A stretch of 63,074 nucleotides of DNA, the filler included, from Craspedostauros australis (Eukaryota), in the NCBI GenBank assembly GCA_030167865.1. It is 14 parts of 14 records of this genome, joined end to end, with 100 filler letters (N's around TTAATTAATTAA, not from the genome) between each part and the next. Parts side by side here need not be neighbours in the genome. Positions count along the whole stretch, not along the records: positions 8,795 to 14,457 come from JALAGF010005122.1; positions 14,558 to 16,503 come from JALAGF010005123.1; positions 16,604 to 19,347 come from JALAGF010005124.1; positions 19,448 to 21,137 come from JALAGF010005125.1; positions 21,238 to 30,590 come from JALAGF010005128.1; 9 more parts are not named here. One strand, 5' to 3'. Below, in pieces: positions 11,701-24,470 of the stretch (within the stretch, counting starts at the first letter, position 1; every line of letters begins with the position of its first letter). The notes under the pieces were generated by a model. That model did no database searches. It worked only from the letters and a program-made list of their open reading frames with translations, and had not been told where the DNA came from. A program made the translations under genes and the position numbers.

Positions 11701-14457
11701 NNNNNNNNNGCGACGACTGGAGCATACACGGACTCGTTGGTGTCCATCAAGTCTCCGCGACAGCACCATCGTCCTTTGTATTTCTTGACCGTATCATCAG
11801 GAAGCCGCTTGCGTCGGAAAACCCAAGTTCCCGGAAAGATACGTGAGGTAGCTTGCGTCTTCGGCACCTCATCCCATGTGCCTTTGCTGATGAGTTCCCG
11901 AATCTCGGCTTCAGCTGCTTGCATCCATTGCGCTTTATCGTTGTCACGCATGGCTTCGTCGAATGATAGGGTATCAGGGTCACTGCTGGAAGCTTTGCAG
12001 ATGATGGCTGTGTTGGCAAGGTACCCANNNNNNNNNNNNTCGAAAAAGGGGCGCATCTCCATCTGGACGTGCAGGATGTTGGATGGCTCTGCTGAGGATC
12101 TGGTGGCACTGAGGACATCGCTGCATTCCTGAAGCAAGCATGTGCTCATGTGGGAGTTGGACAGTGGTGCAAGTTCGTCGTTGTCCATCTCGAATGCTCC
12201 CATGAGGGCGAAGTATTCGTCGTCGTTGTCTTCCATTTGGTCATCCTGAGTGGTGATCATCTCACCACCTCGTCCAAGCATGGATGCAAGTCCATAGAGC
12301 TGCCTGGACATGACAAGAGCGACGATGCGAATNNNNNNNNNNNNNNNNNNNNNNNNNNNNNNNNNNNNNNNNNNNNNNNNNNNNNNNNNNNNNNNNNNNN
12401 NNNNNNNNNNNNNNNNNNNNNNNNNNNNNNNNNNNNNNNNNNNNNNNNNNNNNNNNNNNNNNNNNNNNNNNNNNNNNNNNNNNNNNNNNNNNNNNNNTCC
12501 ATTGACGCTGAAGAATGGACTTTGTCCAAAGGGGAGTAGATGTCGAAGACGAGTTGGTGCTTGCTGAATGCTTGGTGGCAAAGGATGATTCTCAGAGCTG
12601 GATCCGTAGGTGGTGCTGAGATCATCGGCGATGCTGTGAAGTAGAGGAACGAGCTCCCTCGCGAAGGTTGATNNNNNNNNNNNNNNNNNNNNNNNNNNNN
12701 NNNNNNNNNNNNNNNNNNNNNNTGAGAGCTGACCCAGTCGTCTCAGCATGGACACACGTAGCTGCGACGTGATGGTGTCAAATGCGCTCTCAGTCTCTCG
12801 TATGTGATCCGCTGCTTCATTGGGATCGCAGATTTGGATTGGGTTCGACCACGGGCGCATCTGAACACGCCACTCATCTACTCCATTGACGCTGAAGAAT
12901 GGACTTTGTCCAAAGGGGAGTAGATGTNGAAGACGAGTTGGTGCTTGCTGAATGCTTGGTGGCAAAGGANGGTTCTCAGAGCTGGATCCGTAGGTGGTGC
13001 TGAGATCATCGGCAATGCTGTGAAGTAGAGGAACGAGCTCCCTCGCGAAGGTTGATTCCATATAGGGGTTCATGTGAAGCTGCTCAGCGATGTCTTCTCG
13101 TACTTGGATGGCCATGCGAATGGATGGTCGCTCAAGCATGCCAATGTTGGCGGTCGATGCGTTGTCTTCTTCGGTGAGAAGGACAATGATATCACCTCCA
13201 TCATCATCGCAGTAGCGTCCTCCAAGAGTATCGTAGTGCAGGCGTGTTGGAGGCGCTCTGGTACGCTGTCCCATGATACGAGCCGATCGTCGGNTNGGCT
13301 CCCTCTGTTGACGAGATTTCGACGGCTTGCGAGGAGTAGATCGCTTTGGCTTGGCAGGTGTTGTTGCACGTCTAGGCGACGGTTGCGCCGTGATGGGCAT
13401 TGATGGCGTCTCTCCCTCTTGGGGAGAGTCCGGTAGTGGTGGGAGCTCCTCGTCATCAGCATCGGCCAATGGAGGTTCATCACGTTCATTTTGTGNNNNN
13501 NNNNNNNNNNNNNNNNNNNNNNNNNNNNNNNNNNNNNNNNNNNNNTTGCGAGGAGTAGATCGCTTTGGCTTGGCAGGTGTTGTTGCACGTCTAGGCGACG
13601 GTTGCGCCGTGATGGGCATTGATGGCGTCCCTCCCTCTTGGGGAGAGTCCGGTAGTGGTGGGAGCTCCTCGTCATCAGCATCGGCCAATGGAGGTTCATC
13701 ACGTTTATTTTGTGACGAAGGTGATTTGGTTTGGAACGGGATAGTCTCTGGCGTCGAGTTCGCAATTGGCGAAGGCGGCTTCGAATTCAACGGCGTTGAT
13801 GGCACAGCAGAGGATGGCGTTGCGATCGGTGGCTGGACCTCAGCGACGTCTGGTGATGGATTGTTTGGAGTTGTCGGTGGCTCAGTGGTCTGCTCCGGTG
13901 CTTGGGTGAGGGGAGCAGCTGGTGGGTCATCGGCAAGTGGTACCAGAGGCCTGTTGTCGTGATCGGCTTCATCCGTTTGCTGTTCTCGACGAATCTCTCT
14001 GTCTGTTCGCTGAAGAGCTTCCTCTTCTTCCAGGAGACGGAGGTCTTCCTCATCGAACGGATATTGGTACTCAGTTTCTCCAAACATCTTCACCCAGTCG
14101 TCCGATCCGAAGTCAGGTAGCTCCCTCNNNNNNNNNNNNNNNNNNNNNNNNNNNNNNNNNNNNNNNNNNNNNNNNNNNNNNNNNNNNNNNNNNNNNNNNN
14201 NNAGGAACCGTTGATGAGTGTCGTGCAGATAGTCCCATGTTGACGTAACGTTCGCTGCGTGGTTCCCAACGAGGGATCTTCTTGCCGTCAGCGATAGTCT
14301 TGTTGAGGACGTATGCAGGTGATCCCCACACATGCAGGTTGTGCAAGTGCTTGTGGGGGAATCGGACGCGTGAGAAGATGTCATATGGCGACAATCCAGT
14401 GGTGTGATTGGGGACGCGGTTGAAAACATATGCTGCATGGACGACCGCCATGGGCCA
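8795..14457 (-). mobile_element. Ty1/copia LTR retrotransposon (CoDi-like), 3' half, assembled as overlapping fragments
   Basis: Domain order is IN-RT-RNaseH. A polypurine tract GAGAGGGAGAG lies at 9168-9158, followed by LTR-like sequence. Several segments are repeated across N gaps. Confidence 0.95.
9212..14457 (-). CDS. Copia Pol polyprotein (integrase C-part, long linker, RT, RNase H), partial
   Basis: IN: AVVHAAYVFNRVP, HVWGSPAYVL, GKKIPRWEPRS. RT: TWVFRRKR, YKGRWCCRGD, IDFSNAFAQ, KSLYGL, DDAGIAS, TRPDIAFAV. RNase H: CYVDADFGG, STMEAEY, FEDNNAC, QVADIFTKGL, ending KLLMGW*. Confidence 0.93.
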
Positions 14458-16728
14458 NNNNNNNNNNNNNNNNNNNNNNNNNNNNNNNNNNNNNNNNNNN
14501 NTTAATTAATTAANNNNNNNNNNNNNNNNNNNNNNNNNNNNNNNNNNNNNNNNNNNNCTGTATTTGCCTTGGAAGCAGTAAGGCGATGTGCCGCCCAAGA
14601 TGGTCCCGGACGATTCGTACCTGGGTAGTCCGTCCGCAATGCATGGATGGAGCGGGTCTCGCATCCGCAATGCTGCTACGGTGTCGAGCTTTGTACCAGG
14701 AGACCGCATCGAGCAGCACGAAAGGAAACGGAGCGGAAGTACACTTCCAATCCCGCTGNNNNNNNNNNNNNNNNNNNNNNNNNNNNNNNNNNNNNNNNNN
14801 NNNNNNNNNNNNNNNNNNNNNNNNNNNNNNNNNNNNNNNNNNNNNNNNNNNNNNNNNNNNNNNNNNNNNNNNNNNNNNNNNNNNNNNNNNNNNNNNNNGA
14901 AGGCACGAGCACCATCAACGCGATGGTCTCTGCTGTCCACAGGTCGCGGCGAGTATTGATATCATGCGTTGACATGCCGATACAAGAGCGAGACTAAAGA
15001 AAAAGAATTCGGTGCACTTCAGCTTCGACTTCGACGTCACCTTGCTGCGTTGACGCTGCGAGCATTGCCCAGAGCAACAGAAGGTGACATCATCGACGGC
15101 TAGCGCATGCAAATGGAGGCAAATGCAATGGTAAAGAAGACTACTCTACTATCCTCTACGAGACATGCGAGCGCCTNNNNNNNNNNNNNNNNNNNNNNNN
15201 NNNNNNNNNNNNNNNNNNNNNNNNNNNNNNNNTCACCCGCTGATTGCTGTCGAGCTCTGTCCGCCCTTGTGAATACGGCGGATGGAATATGAAAGATTGA
15301 TTTGGAGCTCTTTGCCTTCATTGAAACGTACTACTAGCGATGTAAGATGAATAAAGAAGTGGTTCTAATGACGGATTATGGCCGAGGGTCTGTGTTTTTG
15401 CTTTGGACGACTTCCTTTTGTTGTTTGTTTTCTTTGTCGGTCTGGACGGTCTTGTGNNNNNNNNNNNNNNNNNNNNNNNNNNNNNNNNNNNNNNNNNNNN
15501 NNNNNNCTTTGCCTTCATTGAAACGTAGCGATGTAAGATGAATAAAGAAGTGGTTCTAATGATGGATTATGACCGAAGTCTGTGTTTTTGCTTTGGACGA
15601 CTTCCTTTTGTTGTTTGTTTTCTTTGTCGGTCTGGACGGTCTGGTGGCCTTGAGTCTGCCTCCAACAACTCGACATCAGTCACAATCAACACCACATCAA
15701 TTTGAAGCAAACAACGTGAAAGGCTCCAGAGACAGAGAGACAGAGAGACAGAAGGAGAGAGAGAGAGCTGTCATCACCACCACCATGTGCACCATGACCC
15801 TTGCTTGCTTGCGTCATCGTGGCATCTGCAATACCGTTGACCCTCATCCACCTGCCATCGCAAGTACCAACTTGAGGTGTGAACCAATGCCTCGAACAAA
15901 GATGAAGCCACCGATGAAGCCACCGATATGACTGCCTCTGTTGCTTGCGACCCATCTCATTTGGACTTGGCTGGTTGCCATCCCACTGCATTGCAAGCAT
16001 CACTATCTGCGTGGGCAACAAGAGTCCTCAACACCAAATCAACATCACATTGCATGTTGGGATGGGTTGACACGTTCAGCAATCAACAAGCAGAGCGATA
16101 CCGTGCCANNNNNNNNNNNNNNNNNNNNNNNNNNNNNNNNNNNNNNNNNNNNNNNNNNNNNNNNNNNNNNNNNNNNNNNNNNNNNNNNNNNNNNNNNNNN
16201 NNNNNNNNNNNNNNNNNNNNNNNNNNNNNNNNNNNNNNNNNNNNNNNNNNNNNNNNNNNNNNNNNNNNNNNNNNNNNNNNNNNNNNNNNATACGGTGCGC
16301 ATGGGCCATGGATCGCTGACCATGTGCTTCTTCTACCATACGGAAACTCTGTGTCAACCATGATCCGCAATACTGCACTCACACTCTGTGTGGGGTTGCT
16401 CGTTGGTTTCTTCTTTTGCTCGTAATAGAGCCCAAACGTAATGGCTGTTGTCTTGTTGGCTGTTCTTTAGCTGTAGGCAGAGGCTTGACTGGCAAGCGAT
16501 CCGNNNNNNNNNNNNNNNNNNNNNNNNNNNNNNNNNNNNNNNNNNNNTTAATTAATTAANNNNNNNNNNNNNNNNNNNNNNNNNNNNNNNNNNNNNNNNN
16601 NNNGTGAGACTAACAATGTGATTGCTTGGGTGACATTATTCATGACTAGTATCTATTGTGCACAAGTCTAGGTCTTGTGTCACCAATGGTCTATCTAGCC
16701 AGCCGTCTAGGGCACGATATGGGGGACA

Positions 16729-19235
16729 ACCCATGGTGATAGCACAGGATGAAGGCCGCTTCACCGCGTGCCTCAAGTCCGATGGCACCACCATCTACCT
16801 TGACACCTGGCGCCCGTCCACCTCCGACCTGCAGNNNNNNNNNNNNNNNNNNNNNNNNNNNNNNNNNNNNNNNNNNNNNNNNNNNNNNNNNNNNNNNNNN
16901 NNNNNNNNNNNNNNNNNNNNNNNNNNNNNNNNNNNNNNNNNNNNNNNNNNNNNNNNNNGACTCCGAGGCGCACAGCGACGCCATTCACGATATCCATGCC
17001 TTCGACACCAGGCTCATCCAGTCAGTACAAGTCAGCGCCAAGAACATCGAGCTACCAATCAAGACGGCCACACAGACCGACGAAGCGACGATTCCACAGG
17101 AGAGTCCGATCACAGAAGCCGAGATACGACCTCCCAGGTCCTTCTTGTCGCCTGATCGCCACTCACGGACGACGCCTGAAGAGCTCAGCGAGCGGTGGGG
17201 CCTCAGCATTGCTCAGGCCAGACTCACACTCAACGCCACCACCAGGCATTTGGTCCGCTCTGCGCTCATGCCCTTGGCACGCAGATACAGAGCTGATCGC
17301 ATGTACCTTCCCAAGCGTATCCACGGCACCATGGCCACCGACACGATGCATGCGCGATGTACTGACATCCATGGGCGCAAATACTCCCAGATCTTTGCCA
17401 ACAAGCAGTTCTTCATCGAGGCGTACCACCTCGATCGCAAGTCGGAGGCACCTGACGCATTGGAGGCATTCGTACGTGAGTACGGTGCGCCTGATCTGCT
17501 GATTTCCGACGGCGCTCCGGAGCAGGTTGGACGCAACAGCAAGTTCCAGGCGAAAGCACGTCGGTACCGCATCCAGACACAAGTCTTGGAGGTCGGCCGG
17601 CACAAGCAGAACCCCGCTGAGGGCGTCATCCGCGAGTTGCGAAGGAAGTGGTACTGCACCATGTTTCGGTCCAACTGCCCACGGCGAGTCTGGAGCTATG
17701 GGTTGACGTACATTGCCCGTATCATGCAGCGCACGGCCAGCAATGCTGGTGGGTTGGGCGGGAGGACGCCGATTGAGCACCTGACAGGTGAGACTCCGGA
17801 CATCTCCGAGTACCTGGATTTTGCATTCTACGATCGTGTCTGGTTCAAGCCGGATGCGGGGTTGGGCGAGATCCAGCTCGGGCGTTTCCTTGGAGTTGCT
17901 GATACAACTGGGAGCTTGATGTCGTATTGGGTGCTTCCGGCCTCCGGTATACCTGTCGCACGGACGACTGTGCAACGGGTTACGGAGCTGGAGAAGGGCA
18001 TTGACGAGCACAAGGCTCGTTTCCAGACCTTCGACGACGCGATATCCGCTCGCTTCAAGGAGGAGCGGCTGGCAGTCGTCGGCGGCAAGCCTGCACTGTC
18101 TGCCTGGGCGGAGCTGGTGGAGGACGACCCGGATTTTGCTGAAGAGTTTGGGCGCACGTTCGACAATCATGCTGTGCCCCATGCGGACGATTCCTTCTCT
18201 CCTGACGAGTTCGACGGATACACCGACATGGAGTTATCCATCGATCGCGGGGGGGATTATCCTGAATTCGCGAAGGTGACGAAGAGGCTACGGGACAAGG
18301 ATGGCAAGCCTATCGGCACTGCATCTGACAATCCCATCACGGACACAAGGATGTACGAGGTGGAGTTTGCGGACGGCCACAAGCAGTCCATGGTGGCAAA
18401 CGTCATCGCTGAGAACTTGTTCGCACAGGTCGACTCTGAAGGGTATCGACACGTCCTACTGGACGCGATACTCGATCACAGGGCCGATGAGAGCGCCATC
18501 AAGCAGCAGGATGCATTTGTTACATCCAGCAACGGGGTTCGACGCCGACGAGAGACGACGGTGGGCTGGGAGATGCTGGTACAATGGAAGGACGGAAGCA
18601 CAACATGGAATGCCATGAAAGACGTGAAGGATTCTTATCCGGTGCAACTCGCAGAGTATGCCACCCAGAATCGCATCGCTGGAGAGCCAGCCTTTGCGTG
18701 GTGGATTCCGTTCGTCCTCAAGAAACGGGACCGCATCATATCCAAGACCAAGTCCAAGTACTGGTCCAGGACGCACAAGTACGGGGTCAGGGTTCCCAAG
18801 ACGGTCAACGAAGCCAGGGAGATTGATCTGGAGAACGGGAATACTCTCTGGTGGGATTCGATCCTGAAGGAGATGAAGAACGTTCAACCAGCATTCGAGG
18901 CATTCGAAGGCAACAAATCGGAGCTACCAAAGGGATACCAGCAGATCGAGTGTCATCTGATATTCGATGTGAAGCTGGGCGAGAACTTCCGACGGAAAGC
19001 AAGGCTCGTAGCTGGGGGACACAAGACCACAACACCATCATCCATCACATATTCATCAGTGGTATCCAGGGAATCAGTGCGGATCGCGCTGACCATCGCC
19101 GCGATGAACGACCTGGAGGTGCTGGCATGTGACATCCAGAATGCATACCTGACAGCAGACTGCCGAGAGAAGGTCTGGACCAGGGCGGGACCGGAGTTTG
19201 CTGCTGAGGAAGGACAGATCATGCTCGTGCGCTAA
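16729..19235 (+). CDS. Copia Pol (CoDi type with chromodomain-like region): protease end, integrase, chromo-like domain, truncated RT
   Basis: IN: LSERWGLS, MATDTM, LLISDGAPEQ, QNPAEGVIREL, TGETPDISEY. RT: CHLIFDVK, RKARLVAGGH, YSSVVSRESVR, CDIQNAYL. The RT stops at MLVR* before the expected ALYGL and YVDD motifs. Confidence 0.93.
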
Positions 19236-21237
19236 TACTCAATAACAACACTCATCCTCACCGCAACAACGATCTGATCACTCTACGTTTCGGTGCGGAA
19301 TCCCATCCTTGATTTCGTTCTAACAGATTAACAGTCGCAAGCTTTCANNNNNNNNNNNNNNNNNNNNNNNNNNNNNNNNNNNNNNNNNNNNTTAATTAAT
19401 TAANNNNNNNNNNNNNNNNNNNNNNNNNNNNNNNNNNNNNNNNNNNNTCACTACCACCCAGAAGACTACAGTCACTTCAATGCTTCATCAATGCTCTACT
19501 CCTGAGGTTCAAAATGATGGTGTCATATATACCTCACTGATTATAACTGTTAAGTTATGCGCTGGGGGGCGCTTTGATTCTGCCTCGTTTATTCTCAATG
19601 TCTGCATGTAGTGGGAACGGATGTGTCAGTATTATGATCATGTTGGGAGAGAGGGCTGTGTCCATTGGGCNNNNNNNNNNNNNNNNNNNNNNNNNNNNNN
19701 NNNNNNNNNNNNNNNNNNNNTGTGTCCATTGGGCAGGTCTGTTTGCTGGCGATGTTGTGGTGGCAGGGGAATCGTCTCAGGGTGCGATCCGCCTATAGTT
19801 CCATCTCCAGTTCACAAGCACTGCTGTGGCTGGTGACGCATTGCCTCCAAGGCCTTGGTGCATGGCTTGGACCCACGGAATGAGCTGGGCGTGTTGGCAA
19901 GTTCCGCTCACGGTAACCTACGATCGTGGAAGATGGTGTTGGTTGATAGTCGTCTGTTTGCTATTTCATTACGTTGNNNNNNNNNNNNNNNNNNTGTCCG
20001 TTCGTTCTCTTGCCCGATGCTCTCGGCGCTTCAATCTGTTTTGTAGATTCAGTCTCCGACTATGAGTCGGTACGCGAGATCTTCTCTCGCTCCTCTCTGT
20101 ATTCTCTCTCTCTCTCTCTCAACATCGTGTGCTCGTGCTACACGATACTCCGTGTTCGATGCGTACTCCACATTCAACACTCCGTTCATTCAGTACTGGC
20201 TTCTACTTCATGAGTACTCACCATTTGAAGTTCACCTTCTGTATCCATGATCTTGATGCCCTTCGGTCATCGGATCTTTGCCTCCTGCTCTGACTTGGAG
20301 ACAGATGTCGACGTNNNNNNNNNNNNNNNNNNNNNNNNNNNNNNNNNNNNNNNNNNNNNNNNNNNNNNNNNNNNNNNNNNNNNNNNNNNNNNNNNNNNNN
20401 NNNNNNNNNNNNNNNNNNNNNNNNNNNNNNNNNNNNNNNNNNNNNNNNNNNNNNNNNNNNNNNNNNNNNNNNNNNNNNNNNNNNNNNNNNNNNNNNNNNN
20501 NNNNNNNNTGCAAATTTCCTCCAGAAATCTTGCCCCTTTTCGTGTGTTCCATTTCCACTGTAATTCTGACGAATCACAGTATACTATCGACATGAATGTA
20601 GTTATACCGTCCAAGTGTGTATGAGAGAATAATGGGTGAACGATGCACATATACTTGTACATTTCGACATATACTCACATGTACATCTCGACATGGGCGG
20701 TCTGTTCAGTGTGCGGATGATGCTCCCAAAGTGGGTGCAGGACTGCAGGGATGGTGGTTGGCAGGCATGTTCACAGCATCTGAAAATATTGGAGCAGCAC
20801 AGGCATCGTGTCATCGGAAGTCTGGGACGCCTTGACCTTGGTCTGATCCTGCCATTGCATCAGTGTCGTGTGCCACATGAGGTTGGTGACACTGTCCTGC
20901 CAATTGTGAAGTAGTCGAGGGCGCGCCTGCGATTGTGAGGTACCATGGGAGGTGCTTGCGCACTCCGNTCCACTGCATCGCCCATCTGCCCTAAATCATG
21001 GCCATCCAGCCTACTTTGCTTTGCTGCAGCTGTATGGATTTAGTGGGGGAGTTGCGAACGCCGGAGAGACGATGGTGTCAGCATGGCTTGGATCCAACAC
21101 CTGATGTCGAACAGTGTGGACAGGACTATCCACAAATNNNNNNNNNNNNNNNNNNNNNNNNNNNNNNNNNNNNNNNNNNNNTTAATTAATTAANNNNNNN
21201 NNNNNNNNNNNNNNNNNNNNNNNNNNNNNNNNNNNNN

Positions 21238-22080
21238 ATCTTCATGAATGGTGTGGTACTAGTTCGATCGCTGAGTTGCAGGGCATCCCATGCTTCTTTC
21301 ATGCCATCTCGAGTTGCATCTGTCTCATTGACTTCATTGACTTCATTCGCTTCATGTGTTTCACTGCTGCCATCTCGCAACAACCGATTGACATCCGCGA
21401 CTAGACGATCGAGATCTGGTGTGGCCGTTGATTTGGCTGATAGCGAGAAGGAGAGCACGTTCGCCTTGGCCGAAACACCAGCNNNNNNNNNNNNNNNNNN
21501 NNNNNNNNNNNNNNNNNNNNNNNNNNNNNNNNNNNNNNNNNNNNNNNNNNNNNNNNNNNNNNNNNNNNNNNNNNNNNNNNNNNNNNNNNNNNNNNNNNNN
21601 NNNNNNNNNNNNNNNNNNNNNNNNNNNNNNNNNGCGGACCGTCGGCGCAGTGATGGTGGGGTTGAACTCGTATCCGCCCAGGAAGGAGGGTCCATGATAC
21701 GATACGATCAAGGCGTACGTTGGTCGCAACCGCCGCCGCGGATCTCTGTGCGGCACGAACGGTGGGAACCGTGGCGGTTGCGGCATGTCGAGATCCTGGA
21801 AGAGTTCTGGAATGCCTGAGAACTGATGGGAATCATTGGGAGGTAACTCGTCGATGAAAGGATGCCTGTATTTGCCTGCTTGATACGGTTGGTCATCCTG
21901 AGGTTGTGGCACGTCATGGTGGAGACTGTTGCTATCGATCTGATGGCTTCCATGATGACTGCCATGGTGGCTTCTGCGCTGAGGGTTGGAAGCACGCGGT
22001 TGATCTTTGGGGAGACAGGGCAACGCACAGTATGCCGAAGATGACCACAACGCATCTGCAGAAACGGTCTGCTTCTCCAC
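21238..22080 (-). CDS. TruA-family pseudouridine synthase, N-terminal half (runs off the left scaffold end)
   Basis: TYALIVSYHGPSFLGGY resembles TruA motif I, and AGVSAKANVLSF is the second half of the RTDxGVxA motif (the catalytic Asp falls in the 21483-21633 gap). The start is uncertain because an in-frame TGA lies immediately upstream of 22080. Confidence 0.75.
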
Positions 22081-22509
22081 TCATGATGCCATAGCTTTCT
22101 CCTTCTCTTCACAAGTATGACGGTATGTGCTGGTGATACCGGTGGTACTGATGATCCTGGTTTGCTTGTTGCATTCCTTTGTGAATGCATCGTGTGATGT
22201 GTCCACATGGAGTGGTGCTTGTTCGTTCCTTGTTGCCTCGGTTTGATGTTGGTGGTTGATTGGTTGGAGAAGATTCGTTTTGGCGCCATGATAACGGCAA
22301 AATAACGCTCACCAATCACGTGTGTGAGACACGATCCAAATCAAAAAGTGATGGCGACCACAACTACCCAATCTGAGAGGATGTTCCTGAACTCACTAAC
22401 ACCTTCCACTGCGTCGACATCGTCCCTTCGGACCGCGCGTGATAAGACAAGACAACCGAGACCAATGATCCAGGGAGCTTCCACTCCGCGAGTGCAGAGC
22501 CATCATGCT

Positions 22510-24470
22510 CTACTTATCGTATTTCAATTGGACAAACGCGCTACGAGTTTGGATTGGAGTGACACATGCTACATCGTCGTGACCAATTCCAATAGATCTG
22601 TCCCTGGAAGAATCGAACGATCGTGGACTTGTGTGGGGAGGCTTGGCTGCAGTGCGTCGCGACCTGCTGGACTTGTCCCATTGCACCTGCTGCTGCCTCT
22701 GCTGTTCAGAGTTCGTCTCACAATGATACTCAGCGGCATGCTGGAGGATACAGATGATGTCATACGTCCGCTGTTCGAGCTGCTCCCAATAACAGAACAG
22801 TGTCATGACTGGCTGCTCCCAGTACGCCCACAGAAGCTGCTTGTGCTCTCGTCCCTGGATGAAGAATTGGCGCAGCCATTCATTCTTCAGCTCGTCCAAA
22901 AGTGATTTGTTCGGATCTCCATCGCTTGGATCCGTTGCGATGGAAGTTGTCAACAGCGGTCCTGCATTTGCGGATCATGTCGTGCACGTTGTGACCTACC
23001 CTCAGCAAGCGATGTGTGGAGGAGAAGCGCGTGGTCGTGACTTGGTCAGCATCTGCGCCATCGTTCGATGAGGTATGTACCAGCACAGTGTGCTGACGGT
23101 GATGGTTGTGATCGTCGAGCAGGTAGTAGGCACACCATGATGGCAACGTGACAGCAACCGGCGGGCTTTCCTTCTCAACGCTGATATCGCCAAGGCGTTT
23201 CTGCTTCGGTCCTTCCGCGTTGTGCGTCACTCGCAATGCGACGGACCAGTCGTGCTCGTGCTTCTTTGCGAAGCTCATACCTGCCTTCGCATCCGCATGT
23301 CCATGAACATGTTCGTGGACATGCCCTTGTTGTTGTGATCCAGAAGATGACTTCGATTGGAAGTTGTTGAGATCGAACATCGTCTGATACACGGCAATGG
23401 TGGAAAAGTGCTCCAACGAGCTGTCCACATGCCACGACACTGTGCACTTCGACTCTCCCAACATGAGCTCATCCTTGAGCCGAGACGATTGGGTCTTCAT
23501 CTTGTTGATGAGCGTGACGCTGAAGCCCGCACGACCCTGCACCGTGGGTTCTGGCACATTGCGATCCCAACGCTGCTCTCCCAACACTTCCAAATGACGC
23601 TGCGTTCGCTGTGTCAAGCATTGGGTTGAGATGATGGATCTGATCGACGGCAACCTGGACGTCCCCGTTCCACCGCGATGATGTGCATGCTTCGGTGGCA
23701 GCATCTGAGGGTGGCACGCTGTGGCCCTCTTGCGTACCATCCACATTTGTATCACACCAAAGATGGCTGAACATCCTCAGGCCGAGGTGCTTGTACGTCG
23801 CTCCTGGATCGCCCAGCAAGCACCATGTGACGTACGTCTTGACACATCTGCTTCTCATCCCTCCCGGTTGCATCACATCCGTGCGGAACCACCCAGCATG
23901 GCCCAAAGCGGACAGAGCTGATTGGACATCCCTTTCCTCCACTGTTGCGGCATCTGTCTGAGGGTTGGCCAAATCCGCGGAACGGTCCCAGACGCATCCT
24001 TCGTAGCATGTGGACATGGCGGATTGAAATGCGTGTCTGTGATCGCCCTCGTCGCGCAAGAACTCATTCATTTTGGACTGCTTCATTCTTGTTTCAAGCC
24101 GAGGGAACTGCTTGAGCGGAAATGGTGGCGGCAGGCGTTGTCCATGTTCCATCCGACTTGTTGGGGTGGCATCGACGGAATTGTTGGGCAGATTTAACAT
24201 GCCTGACATTGCTGCTGCTGCTGCTTGGCCATTTCCTCTCTTGCGTTTCTTTGCTTTGGACGAAGGGCATTGATTTGGGCGTGTGTCGCCACCACGATCG
24301 GTTGCCCACGCAGCAGCTGCGGCCATCATGAACATCTCATCTTCGCTGCTGTCCTCATTGCTGGTGCTCCTGTTTCCATTCTCTTTGTCAATGCGGTTGC
24401 CTTTGCCATCAACTTTGAAATCAACTTTGCCATTGATTGATCCCTTCCTTCTCTCATTTCCTTCTTTCAT
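22510..24470 (-). pseudogene. FTO: FTO-like 2OG-Fe(II) RNA demethylase with two +1 frameshifts
   Basis: FTO motifs occur in order over three frames: LLGDPGATYKHLGLRMF, RAGFSVTLINKM, VSWHVDSSL, AYYLLDDHNHHRQHTVL, RFSSTHR, EWLRQFFIQG. Frames switch at ~23624 (AAC-C-CAA) and ~22906 (CAA-A-TCA). Confidence 0.88.

Noticed and set aside
14558..16503. Genes in this scaffold and in 19448-21137
   Set aside because: Only short, gap-broken, stop-containing frames without identifiable motifs are present.
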